DNA of 64,000 bases from Clostridia bacterium (GTDB lineage Bacteria > Bacillota > Clostridia > TANB77 > UBA1234). Below are positions 50,645-59,661 of this stretch, piece by piece. Location: positions 30,941 to 94,940 of the forward strand of contig JAFUGE010000008.1 of assembly GCA_017469545.1 (NCBI GenBank), read 5' to 3'. Position numbers and translations under genes: made by a program. Every line of letters begins with the position of its first letter. Within the stretch, counting starts at the first letter, position 1. The notes beneath the pieces are model-generated. The model saw only the letters and a list, made by a program, of their open reading frames with translations, was not told the origin of the DNA and did no database searches.

Positions 50645-51490
50645 ATGGAATATTTTGAATTGAATGATGGCAATAAAATGCCAGTTATAGGAATCGGAAC
50701 ATTTATGCTTACACCTGCTCAAGCGGAAGAATCTACTTTTAATGCTTTAAAAGCAGGTTACAGATTAATTGATACAGCTAATGCATATGTAAATGAAAAA
50801 GCAGTAGGCAGAGGAATGAAAAAGTCAGGAGTAGCTAGAGAAGATATTTTCTTAACTACAAAGCTTTGGCCAACCGTTTATGAAAATGAAAATGCAATCG
50901 ATAAAACTTTAGAAAGATTAGACACAGACTATATTGATTTATTATTACTTCACCAACCAGCTGGCAATTACATTAATGCATACAAGATGATGGAAAAAGC
51001 AGTTAAAGAAGGAAAAGTAAAATCTATAGGTTTATCAAATTTTGATACGAATCAAATTCAAGAGATTATAGATATGTGTGAAATTAAACCAGCTATTTTG
51101 CAAGTTGAGGCTCATCCATATTATACAGAGGAAGAATTAAAAGCTTTTGTTAAACCTTATGGCGTAAGGCTTATGGCTTGGTATCCATTAGGACATGGAG
51201 ATGCGAGTTTAATAAATGAAGAAGTATTTGCAAAGCTTGGAGAAAAATATGGTAAGTCTCCTGTACAAATTATTTTAAGATGGCATGTACAGATGGGCCA
51301 TGTCGTAATTCCTGGTGCAACATTAGAAGAACATATTAAAGCTAATATCGAAATTTTAGATTTTGAGCTTACTAGTGAAGATATGGCTGAAATTGCAAAG
51401 GTAAATAAAAATAAAAGATACTATGAACCAAATCCTGAAATAATTGCTAGCTATGCACAGATGGCACCAGATATGGATGGACAAGAATAA
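50645..51490 (+). CDS. aldo/keto reductase (2,5-diketo-D-gluconate reductase-like)
   Basis: IGIGTF, IDTANAYVNE, LLLLHQP, IPGATLEEHIKANIE motifs. Confidence 0.8.
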   Translation: MEYFELNDGNKMPVIGIGTFMLTPAQAEESTFNALKAGYRLIDTANAYVNEKAVGRGMKKSGVAREDIFLTTKLWPTVYENENAIDKTLERLDTDYIDLLLLHQPAGNYINAYKMMEKAVKEGKVKSIGLSNFDTNQIQEIIDMCEIKPAILQVEAHPYYTEEELKAFVKPYGVRLMAWYPLGHGDASLINEEVFAKLGEKYGKSPVQIILRWHVQMGHVVIPGATLEEHIKANIEILDFELTSEDMAEIAKVNKNKRYYEPNPEIIASYAQMAPDMDGQE

Positions 51491-51509
51491 ACTAAAAAGA
51501 TGTGACTAA

Positions 51510-52412
51510 TTAAGTCACATCTTTTTCCATATAATCTTTTATACAATTAATAAAGAATTCAAAACTTTTAGTTGGATTTTTTGAATAAATTATACCATAA
51601 GGAACTTCAACTTTATTTTTAAAAGGAATATTCACAAGCGAAGGATGGACATCTTTCCAGGCATTCAAGCTCATTAGAACATTTCCGTTTTCTTCACAAC
51701 GATTAAACACATCAATATCATACCAAAATGGAGTTGGTTCAATAGTAACATTTTTACTTTTTTCTAAAATAGATTCTCTCAAGTAATTTGATTTTTCGCT
51801 ATCGCCATCACAAATCATCATTATTGTTTCATTATCAAGATCGGAATAATCAATTTTTTTCTTGTTTGATAATTTATGGTTTCTAGGAACAGATGCAGTA
51901 TATTCGTAATTTCCAAGTTGAAGGAAGTTTAATTTTGTTTTCCACTCGGCAGAATCGCAAGGAGTAACAATGCAATCGAAATCAAAATCCTTTCCTTTTA
52001 GCGTTGTTAAAATATCAGTATGATTATCTTCGAATGGAACTATTTTAATTTTATAGTTAGGGTACTTATCATTAATTTTATACCATATATCCATTAATGG
52101 CTTGCAAGGGCAAATCACTGATGTACCGACTGTTATGGTGTTACTATCATTTTGTACAAGTTTATTTACATGACTTATTGAGTTTTTACAATACTGAACA
52201 ATATGTTTGGCATCTTTATATATTTGCTTACCAGCATTAGTTAATTTAATTCCATGATTTGTTCTTTCTAATAGTTTAACGCCAACATCATTTTCCATTA
52301 AATTCATTTGCTTCATAATTGCAGTAGAAGAAATAAAAAGCTTTTCAGAAGCTTTTGTAAAGCTGCCACATTCTACTACTTCAATAAATATGTCAAGATA
52401 CTTATTATACAT
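51510..52412 (-). CDS. LysR-family transcriptional regulator
   Basis: N-terminal HTH YLDIFIEVVECGSFTKASEKLFISSTAIMKQMNLME; divergent to cupin-flavodoxin genes. Confidence 0.75.
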   Translation of the reverse strand: MYNKYLDIFIEVVECGSFTKASEKLFISSTAIMKQMNLMENDVGVKLLERTNHGIKLTNAGKQIYKDAKHIVQYCKNSISHVNKLVQNDSNTITVGTSVICPCKPLMDIWYKINDKYPNYKIKIVPFEDNHTDILTTLKGKDFDFDCIVTPCDSAEWKTKLNFLQLGNYEYTASVPRNHKLSNKKKIDYSDLDNETIMMICDGDSEKSNYLRESILEKSKNVTIEPTPFWYDIDVFNRCEENGNVLMSLNAWKDVHPSLVNIPFKNKVEVPYGIIYSKNPTKSFEFFINCIKDYMEKDVT

Positions 52413-52556
52413 GAATTTCATCCTTTCACATGTAGAGTATATATTAATTTGTATCAACTTTAGGTTAATGCTATTATAACTAATTTGATATTCCAAAGTC
52501 AAGTATTTTTAGATATACTTCAAGTAGATAAAAATATTTATGGAGGGATAAAGATA

Positions 52557-52976
52557 ATGAATAAAGAAGAATTTGATAAAGTTAATGTATTTGGTCAAGG
52601 AGAGCCAAATGTAAATTTTGCTAGGTATTTTATTGGTAATTCGTATTTGAATCCATTAGCAAAAACAGATAATATGTTTTTAGCAAATGTCACATTTGAA
52701 CCAGCATGTCGAAACAATTGGCATATTCATAAAGCTACAAAAGGTGGAGGACAAATTTTAATATGCACAGCAGGGGAAGGATGGTATCAAGAAGAAGGAA
52801 AAGATGCAGTAGAATTAAAACCAGGTGTAGTAATTACGATTCCAGCCAATGTAAAACATTGGCATGGTGCAAAGAAGGATTCATGGTTTAGCCATATTGC
52901 AATAGAGGTGCCTGGGGAAAATACTACCACAGAATGGTGTGAACAAGTTATTGACGAGGAGTATAACAAACTATAA
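52557..52976 (+). CDS. cupin-domain protein
   Basis: NWHIHKATKGGGQILICTAGEGWYQEEG cupin motifs. Confidence 0.6.
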   Translation: MNKEEFDKVNVFGQGEPNVNFARYFIGNSYLNPLAKTDNMFLANVTFEPACRNNWHIHKATKGGGQILICTAGEGWYQEEGKDAVELKPGVVITIPANVKHWHGAKKDSWFSHIAIEVPGENTTTEWCEQVIDEEYNKL

Positions 52977-52997
52977 AAACATGAAAGAGGGATTATT

Positions 52998-53483
52998 TTG
53001 AAAACACTTATTGTATATTACTCACAAGCTGTTGGAAATACAGAAAGAATTGCAAATATGTTGCAAGAGAGCTTGAATGCAGATATGGAGAAGATAGATA
53101 CTGTTGTACCATATACTGGCTCTTATCAAGAAATATCTGAACAAGGGCACAAAGAAGTAAATAGAGGATATATGCCTGAGTTAAAACCAATTAATAGCAA
53201 TCTTGATATGTATGAAAGAATTATTGTTGCAACTCCAACTTGGTGGTACACAATGGCACCCGCGATACACACATTTTTAGCAAATCATGATTTATCTGAA
53301 AAAGGAGTTGTATTAGTACATACACATGCAGGATGGCCAGGCCATTGCTTAGAGGATATGGAGAAGCTTTGCAATGGTGCAAAAATTATTTCTAAAAAAG
53401 ATATTAAATTTGACTCTGATGGTGGAAATAATTTAGAAACATCAATGACAGAAATTGAAAAATGGATTGAGAGTATTAAATAA
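52998..53483 (+). CDS. flavodoxin-like protein
   Basis: MKTLIVYYSQAVGNTERIA FMN-binding N-terminus; TTG start. Confidence 0.7.
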   Translation: MKTLIVYYSQAVGNTERIANMLQESLNADMEKIDTVVPYTGSYQEISEQGHKEVNRGYMPELKPINSNLDMYERIIVATPTWWYTMAPAIHTFLANHDLSEKGVVLVHTHAGWPGHCLEDMEKLCNGAKIISKKDIKFDSDGGNNLETSMTEIEKWIESIK

Positions 53484-53520
53484 AACTGGCTGTGTAAATT
53501 AATCTGTGAAAAAATATTTG

Positions 53521-53546
53521 TAGGGGTCGGCCTCTGGACGACCCGA
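53521..53546. repeat. REP-like variant GTAGGGGTCGGCCTCTGGACGACCCG
   Basis: Same GTAGG...CCCG frame with different compensatory stem GGGTCG/CGACCC. Confidence 0.65.
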
Positions 53547-53562
53547 AATAGGGGGTTATAAT

Positions 53563-54210
53563 ATGAAAAGAAATATTTTAGTTTTAGGAATTTTAATGAT
53601 TGTAATGATTTTAGGATTATGTGCATGTGGGGAACAACCAATAGATAATAATGAAAATAATGTTGAAAATAATAATTCAAATGAAGTTCAAATAGGTAAT
53701 AATAATGAAACGGAGGAAAATGCAGTGACTACAAATAGTGAAGGAAATGCTTTAGTAGTATATTTTTCTTGGGCAAATCATACGGAAAAAATGGCGAGCG
53801 TAATCGCCGCTGAAACAGGAGCAGATGTTGCAGTGATTGAACCTGTTAATGCTTATCCAACAGACTATAATGAATGTACGGAAGTAGCTTTGGAAGAACA
53901 AAGAAGAGGAGAAAAACCAGCGATTAAAGATTTAGGACTTGATTTAGAGGACTATGATGTAATATACTTAGGTTATCCAATTTGGTGGATGGATATGCCA
54001 CAAGTATTATATACTTTCTTAGAAAACAATGATTTCTCTGGCAAAACAATTTATCCTTTTACAACAAGTTATAGCTCAGGTATTATTGGCACGTTTGATA
54101 AAATTAAAAATATTGCAACAGGTGCTGATGTGGAAGAAGGACTTCATATTTTCCAAAGAGAAATTGATAGAGACAACTACGAAGAAACAATTAAAGATTG
54201 GCTTAAATAA
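53563..54210 (+). CDS. flavodoxin-like lipoprotein (extracytoplasmic)
   Basis: Lipobox GLCAC; LVVYFSWANHTEKMA and GYPIWWMDMP flavodoxin-like motifs. Confidence 0.65.
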   Translation: MKRNILVLGILMIVMILGLCACGEQPIDNNENNVENNNSNEVQIGNNNETEENAVTTNSEGNALVVYFSWANHTEKMASVIAAETGADVAVIEPVNAYPTDYNECTEVALEEQRRGEKPAIKDLGLDLEDYDVIYLGYPIWWMDMPQVLYTFLENNDFSGKTIYPFTTSYSSGIIGTFDKIKNIATGADVEEGLHIFQREIDRDNYEETIKDWLK

Positions 54211-54226
54211 TGAGGTATGATACTAA

Positions 54227-54251
54227 GGGTCGCATATTATGCGACCCCTAC
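54227..54251. repeat. REP-like variant, reverse orientation (GGGTCGCATATTATGCGACCCCTAC)
   Basis: Compensatory stem GGGTCGCAT/ATGCGACCC with CCTAC flank. Confidence 0.65.
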
Positions 54252-54313
54252 GATGTTATAGCGGCAATGTGACTAATACGATGTTATAGAAGAAATGAAA
54301 AGGAGCTAGTAAG

Positions 54314-54995
54314 ATGGAAATAAAGACGAAGAAACGAATCAAAATAATAGTTGATATTTTGATGTATGTTTGTTTGATTACACTAATGGGTTATCATATT
54401 ACAAATAATCTCATTCATGAAATTCTTCGGAACAACTATATTTGTTCTATTTATCATACATAATGCTTTCAATTTCAAATGGTATATGACACTGTTTAAA
54501 GGGAAGCACGACTTGCGTAGAAATTTTCACATATTAATTAATGCACTGCTATTAGTTGCAATGATATTAACGATAATAAGTGGCGTTATGATGTCTCGAA
54601 GTTTATATACATTTGTTAATTTTGGCAAAGCAGCACTTGCAAGAAGAATGCATTTGATTGCGAATAGTTGGACTCTTGTTTTAGTATCAATTCATTTAGG
54701 AATGCATCTTACGCCAATGACGTCAAAAATTAGGACAAAACTGCAAGCAAGTAGAATTAAGTATGCGGTATATGTAATCCTTGTGTTATTTGTGATCCTT
54801 GGAATATATTTATTTATCAAAGCTGGATTCTTCCAAGATATGTTTGGCATCACTAGTTTTAAGTTTATGGATACAGAAGAAAATCCAGTAGTGTTTTATT
54901 TGAAGCAATTAGATATATCACTTACGATAGCATTGGTTACCCATTGGTTATGGAATGTGAAAAGCGCTAGGAGGAAATATGAGAAAACTAGATAA
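54314..54995 (+). pseudogene. DUF4405-family membrane protein with +1 frameshift (extra C at 54428)
   Basis: Frame A MEIKTKKRIKIIVDILMYVCLITLMGYHITNNLIHEILRNNYICSIYHT*; removing c54428 gives ...LIHEILGTTIFVLFIIHNAFNFKWY continuing into the tracked 192-aa ORF. Confidence 0.55.
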
Positions 54996-55653
54996 TTTCT
55001 TGAAAAATAGGAGTATTGATACTGCAAAATTATTGGAGTATGGATTTACTAAGCAAGGAAAAGAATATGTATATCACACCAAAATATATGAAGAACAATT
55101 TGAAATGTTTGTAAGTTTTTCTGCCAAGCAAAACATAGCAAAGATTGTTGACATTGCAAACGAGGAAGAGTACGTACTTGTGGATAATCCAAATTCAGTA
55201 GGGAAATTTGTTGGCAAGCTTAGAGAAGAATACGAAAATAAGTTGCAGGATATGATTGAAAAGTGCACGATTTTGGATGTATTCAAAGAAATGCAGTCAA
55301 AAGAAATCATTCAATTGGTAAAAGAAAAATATCAGGACGATTTAGAGTTTTTGTGGAAGAAGTTTCCCGATAATGCGATTTGGAGAAACAAAACGAATCG
55401 TAAATGGTATGCCGCGTTATTAACTGTTTCGGAAAGAAAATTGGGGATTGATTCGGATGCGGTTGTGGAGATTATCGACTTAAGGTATCAAAAGGATAAA
55501 ATCAAAGAATTGGTTGATAACAAGTTTGTATTTCCTGGTTATCATATGAATAAAGATAGTTGGATTACGATAAAATTGGATGGTAGTGTGGATACAGAAA
55601 AAATTTTAGAGCTATTAGAGAATAGCTATCAATTATCGCTAGAGAAAAAGTAG
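54979..55653 (+). CDS. MmcQ/YjbR-family domain protein with extra N-terminal domain
   Basis: C-terminal WRNKTNRKWYAALLTV...FVFPGYHMNKDSWITIKLDGSV resembles YjbR/MmcQ. Confidence 0.45.
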   Translation: MRKLDNFLKNRSIDTAKLLEYGFTKQGKEYVYHTKIYEEQFEMFVSFSAKQNIAKIVDIANEEEYVLVDNPNSVGKFVGKLREEYENKLQDMIEKCTILDVFKEMQSKEIIQLVKEKYQDDLEFLWKKFPDNAIWRNKTNRKWYAALLTVSERKLGIDSDAVVEIIDLRYQKDKIKELVDNKFVFPGYHMNKDSWITIKLDGSVDTEKILELLENSYQLSLEKK

Positions 55654-55729
55654 TTTGTGGAGGAGAGTATGCATTACATTGAGGCGAAATCATTGCTGAC
55701 AAGGTGGAATGGTATGGATGTAGAGCGGA

Positions 55730-55759
55730 TTGACAAAAGTGGCCTTTTGGAGGTATAAT
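55730..55759 (+). promoter_or_regulatory. sigma-A promoter for tcdA copy 1
   Basis: TTGACA, 18 bp, TATAAT. Confidence 0.45.
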
Positions 55760-55771
55760 GGCGAATATGCA

Positions 55772-55795
55772 GGGCAGCTTTGTTTGGCTGCCCGC
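55772..55795. repeat. degenerate REP-like hairpin
   Basis: GGGCAGC TTTGTTT GGCTGCCCG lacking GTAG flank. Confidence 0.4.
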
Positions 55796-55823
55796 AAATG
55801 ATGTACATAAAAGAGGGGACGAA

Positions 55824-56576
55824 ATGTTAAATCAATTTTCAAGAACAGAATTGTTGATAGGTAAAGAGGCATTAGAGAAACTAAGTAATGCAAAGGTTGC
55901 CGTTGTTGGAATCGGAGGAGTTGGCTCTTATGTAGTGGAGGGCTTGGTCCGCGCTGGAGTAGGAAATTTTGTGTTAGTGGACGACGATAAGGTTTGCCTT
56001 ACGAATTTAAATAGACAGCTAATTGCTACGAGGAAGACGGTTGGAAAGTATAAAGTGGAAATGGCAAAGGAAAGAATTTTAGAGATAAATCCAAAGGCGA
56101 ATGTGGAAACTTTTCAGGAATTTTTCTTGCCGGAGACCGAAGGAATTATTGACGAGAGTGTGGATTACATTGTGGATGCGGTGGATACCGTTACGGCAAA
56201 AATCGAACTTGTGATGAGAGCGAATAAGCTTCATATTCCGATTATTTCTTGTATGGGTACGGGCAACAAATTAGACCCTACCAGATTTGAGGTAACAGAT
56301 ATTTTTAAAACAAGTGTATGTCCACTTGCTAAAGTAATGCGAAAGGAATTAAGGACGAGAGGAATCAAGCATTTAAAAGTGTTGTATTCCAAAGAGGAAC
56401 CGATAAAACCTGACGAGACTTTGGAATGCAGCTGTAAGACGGGCTGTATCTGCCCTCCTGGAACGGTCAGAAAATGTACGCAGAGAAACCAAGTGCCGGG
56501 AAGTATTTCTTTTGTGCCATCCGTTGCCGGATTAATCATTAGTGGCGAAGTAATTAAAGATATTATCAATCTGTAG
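55824..56576 (+). CDS. tcdA: tRNA threonylcarbamoyladenosine dehydratase (TcdA/CsdL, ThiF/MoeB family), copy 1
   Basis: Rossmann VAVVGIGGVGSYVVEGLVRAGVGNFVLVDDDKVCLTNLNRQ; stop codon TAG lies inside GTAG of the following REP. Confidence 0.75.
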   Translation: MLNQFSRTELLIGKEALEKLSNAKVAVVGIGGVGSYVVEGLVRAGVGNFVLVDDDKVCLTNLNRQLIATRKTVGKYKVEMAKERILEINPKANVETFQEFFLPETEGIIDESVDYIVDAVDTVTAKIELVMRANKLHIPIISCMGTGNKLDPTRFEVTDIFKTSVCPLAKVMRKELRTRGIKHLKVLYSKEEPIKPDETLECSCKTGCICPPGTVRKCTQRNQVPGSISFVPSVAGLIISGEVIKDIINL

Positions 56577-56598
56577 GGTCAGCGTAGCACGCTGACCG
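56573..56598. repeat. REP-like variant GTAGGGTCAGCGTAGCACGCTGACCG
   Basis: Compensatory GGGTCAGCGT/ACGCTGACC stem; overlaps tcdA-1 stop. Confidence 0.75.
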
Positions 56599-56620
56599 CT
56601 ATGAAAAAGGAGAATAGAGT

Positions 56621-57379
56621 ATGAATAAAAAATTGATTTTTGGTTTAATTTTATGTATTTTGACAATTGGGTTAGTTGCTTGCACGGAGCAAAATGAAGT
56701 GATTGATAATCAAGATAACCCAGTCGAAGAACAAGTGCAAGAAAATGTAGAAGTAGTGGATAATGGCGAAGAACAAGCAGTGGAAAATAATGAGAATGAA
56801 GCTGAAGTAGTGGAGAAAAACAATAATGAAGAAATAAATGTTGAAAATAGTGAGAAGAAAATTTTAATTGCTTTTTTCTCAAGAGCTGATGAAAATTATT
56901 CAGTAGGAACAGTAGATGTTGGAAATACAGAAATCATGGCAGGATTTATCAAAGATTATTTAGGCGATAAGGCTGATACATTTAAAATAGATCCTGTTGT
57001 TGCATACCCAAAAGATTATAAAGAGTGTACAGAATATGCAACAAAAGAATTAAATGAAAATGCAAGACCAGAATATAAAAATGCAGATAGTTTAGATATG
57101 TCAAAGTATGATACAGTTATATTAGGCTACCCAATTTGGTGGGGTGATGTTCCAATGATTATTAATACATTTTTAGAGAAATACGATTTTTCTGGCAAGA
57201 CAATTTACTTGTTTAATACACACGAAGGAAGCGGAAATAGTGGAACATACACATCAATTAAAAATAAAATGACATCAGCAAATGTAGATACTAATGGCTT
57301 AGCAATTAGGGGTGCTGAAGCAAGAAAAGAGTCTTCAAGAAACACAGTAGAAAACTGGCTAAAAGGATTAGGTTTATAA
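56621..57379 (+). CDS. flavodoxin-like lipoprotein, paralog of 53563-54210
   Basis: Lipobox LVAC; ILIAFFSRADENYS, GYPIWWGDVP, DFSGKTIYLFNT shared with the other lipoprotein flavodoxin. Confidence 0.65.
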   Translation: MNKKLIFGLILCILTIGLVACTEQNEVIDNQDNPVEEQVQENVEVVDNGEEQAVENNENEAEVVEKNNNEEINVENSEKKILIAFFSRADENYSVGTVDVGNTEIMAGFIKDYLGDKADTFKIDPVVAYPKDYKECTEYATKELNENARPEYKNADSLDMSKYDTVILGYPIWWGDVPMIINTFLEKYDFSGKTIYLFNTHEGSGNSGTYTSIKNKMTSANVDTNGLAIRGAEARKESSRNTVENWLKGLGL

Positions 57380-57507
57380 AGGGAAATAGCTGAATTACTA
57401 TTTGTATGACACTATTAAAAGCTATGGACTAAGCAAAGAAAAAATGAAAAATTGTAGAATTAAAAGTTGCATTTTAATTTTTAATTTGCTAGAATTAAAT
57501 CGTAAAT

Positions 57508-57533
57508 TGTAGGGGCAGCGTATCACGCTGCCC
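57508..57533. repeat. REP-like element (exact consensus)
   Basis: GTAGGGGCAGCGTATCACGCTGCCCG. Confidence 0.8.
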
Positions 57534-57556
57534 GTGAAGAAAGGAGGAAAACACAC

Positions 57557-57619
57557 ATGACAAACCTTGTAACCGTTGGGGCTGTACACACACACACACA
57601 CACACAAGTAATTCGTTAA
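57557..57619 (+). CDS. candidate 20-aa small ORF MTNLVTVGAVHTHTHTQVIR containing the (CA)10 tract
   Basis: AAGGAGG RBS 57541-57547, ATG 57557, stop TAA 57617; could be fortuitous. Confidence 0.2.
   Translation: MTNLVTVGAVHTHTHTQVIR
57588..57607. repeat. (CA)10 dinucleotide microsatellite
   Basis: cacacacacacacacacaca read directly; only SSR of this kind in the window. Confidence 0.9.
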
Positions 57620-57656
57620 ATATAGAATTTTATAATAAAATACGCGATGGATAAAG

Positions 57657-57767
57657 TTTCCTAAAAGGGCGCGTACAGACGGGAGTAAAATGTGCACGAA
57701 AACAATTTGCAGAGACAAATTGAAATGCACATTTTAGTCCTGTGTGTACATGTCCCTTTTAGGAAAC
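57657..57767 (+). promoter_or_regulatory. long imperfect inverted repeat (42-nt arms, 27-nt loop) followed by T-run upstream of pilin-like gene
   Basis: GTTTCCTAAAAGGGCGCGTACAGACGGGAGTAAAATGTGCAC vs TGCACATTTTAGTCCTGTGTGTACATGTCCCTTTTAGGAAAC then CTTTTTGTTTC. Confidence 0.45.
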
Positions 57768-57805
57768 TTTTTGTTTCAATAAAAAATAATGGGAGGTAAC
57801 AATTT

Positions 57806-59452
57806 ATGAACAAAAGATCAAACAAAGGCATATCTTTAATTGCCTTAATCATAACAATAATCGTAATAATAATTTTAGCAGCAATTGTTATTGGTGGAGT
57901 GTTCAACACACCTAATGACGCAAAATTCGCAAACTTCTGCCAAGAGTATGACAGAGTGCAAACAGCAATTCAATTAAAGTACTATGAATTATATCAAAAA
58001 TATGCAATATCAGTTTCAACAGAAGTGCCAACACATTATGAAATGTATAATGAAGTAGCAACAGGCACAAAGGCAGACACGCTAACAGGAGCAAATAATA
58101 TAGACTCAGATAAATGGGTAACAATATCAGAAAGTCAGTGGGGAATAGGCAGTAACAAGATATGTGCAAAGCCATCATTTGCTGGTAATTGGTATGTAAG
58201 ATTAAATGATGGAAAACTAGCCTATGCAGGATTTGAAAAAGGCGAGCAAGATATGTATTATACACCTACAGCACATACAACAGGAAATAGGACTGCACAA
58301 GCGGTGGATTATTTTAATGGATTAACTTTAGGGACTGCCGCAGATAGTGAAACGCAAAGTGGACTTTTGGCACTAGTGCTAGGCGAAGGTGGAGGAAGTA
58401 GCAATGGAAGTGGAGACGGTGGTGCAGAAACATTACCAGAGCTAGAAGAAGGCGAAGCATATCTAGCACAAGTAGCCAAAGTAGGAGACTATGTAAAATA
58501 TGTAGCAGATAGTGGCACATGGACACCAGACCCAACTAAAACAGGAAACAGTAATGCAACACCACTAAGAACAGATACAAGTACTGCTTGGAGAGTATGG
58601 GAAAACAATGGAACAACAGTAACACTAATACCAACAAGCCCAGTAAACACATTATATTTAGGAACTAGGGCAAGTACAAGTAACACAAGTTCTCCAGCGC
58701 CAACAGATGATACAGGTGCAACATATGGAGTAGCAGGATATGTGAATGGACCAAGCCTAATGAATGAAATAGCAAGAACATTATATAGTAAGAGTGGATA
58801 CACTAGCAGCGTAAGACATATGACATATGAAGATATACAAGCAAAATTAAAAACACCATTTACACCGACAGCAAATAAATATGCGTATTTTAAAAGTGGA
58901 GATAGCTCGACGTTATCTGCAGGTTCAGCCTATATGAAGAGGACACACACGACAAGTTTATATAATGGAATCACAGAGCCAAGATTTTATACCTGGGACA
59001 CAGATGGAGTAACATATGATACAGACCCAACTTCAGAAACATATCAAGTAAGGACAGATAGTAATGGAAGGACATATATGACACCAACAACAGGACACCC
59101 AGTATATGTGACATATACATATATCAAATCTTCGATAGCAGCAGATAATTGGGCAGATGTAACAGATACACATGCAACAGGCACAACAACTTATGGAAAT
59201 ATTTTGGGAGGTTCGTATAGTTGGCTGGCCTCGCCGTGCGTGTATTTGAGCACTGGCGGTGCGCACTTCTACATGCGCATTGTTGCTTCGGATTACTTGA
59301 ACGGCAATTCCTTGGCTGGCTCGCATGGCGAATCGGCCTCTCGCAGCAATAGTCTTCGCCCCCTAGTAACGCTTAGCTCTTCGGTCAGAGTAAATACAAC
59401 GGATAGTGCCAAAAACGGCTCTACAACAGCAAATGCATGGATAATCAAATAA
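57806..59452 (+). CDS. large N-terminally anchored pilin-like surface protein (prepilin-like leader lacking Glu5), Thr/Gly/Ser-rich
   Basis: MNKRSNKGISLIALIITIIVIIILAAIV resembles class III signal peptide/KG-cleavage site; codon usage (ACA/GCA/GGA-rich) and a GC-rich C-terminal segment 59210-59400 differ from neighbours. Confidence 0.45.
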   Translation: MNKRSNKGISLIALIITIIVIIILAAIVIGGVFNTPNDAKFANFCQEYDRVQTAIQLKYYELYQKYAISVSTEVPTHYEMYNEVATGTKADTLTGANNIDSDKWVTISESQWGIGSNKICAKPSFAGNWYVRLNDGKLAYAGFEKGEQDMYYTPTAHTTGNRTAQAVDYFNGLTLGTAADSETQSGLLALVLGEGGGSSNGSGDGGAETLPELEEGEAYLAQVAKVGDYVKYVADSGTWTPDPTKTGNSNATPLRTDTSTAWRVWENNGTTVTLIPTSPVNTLYLGTRASTSNTSSPAPTDDTGATYGVAGYVNGPSLMNEIARTLYSKSGYTSSVRHMTYEDIQAKLKTPFTPTANKYAYFKSGDSSTLSAGSAYMKRTHTTSLYNGITEPRFYTWDTDGVTYDTDPTSETYQVRTDSNGRTYMTPTTGHPVYVTYTYIKSSIAADNWADVTDTHATGTTTYGNILGGSYSWLASPCVYLSTGGAHFYMRIVASDYLNGNSLAGSHGESASRSNSLRPLVTLSSSVRVNTTDSAKNGSTTANAWIIK

Positions 59453-59460
59453 ATCATAGG

Positions 59461-59484
59461 TGGCGCTCGATTGGGCGCCATTTT
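59461..59484 (+). terminator. rho-independent terminator
   Basis: TGGCGC/GCGCCA stem + TTTT. Confidence 0.5.
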
Positions 59485-59661
59485 AAATTTTGGGGGACGG
59501 AGGAAAAATTTAAAAAATAATATAATCGTAAAGTTGTCATTATAAAGGACTAAGCAAGTAGTTGTTGAAAACTGCTTGCTTTTGTGTTATTATTTAGTCA
59601 AATAAATGTGATTTTAATGAAGTTTGTAGTAATTATAAAAATCACGAAGGAGTAAGTAATA

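Noticed and set aside
55758-55823. N-terminal extension MANMQGSFVWLPANDVHKRGDE on tcdA copy 1
   Set aside because: It reads through a degenerate REP. Copy 2 starts at the equivalent MLNQFSRTELL and an RBS precedes ATG 55824.
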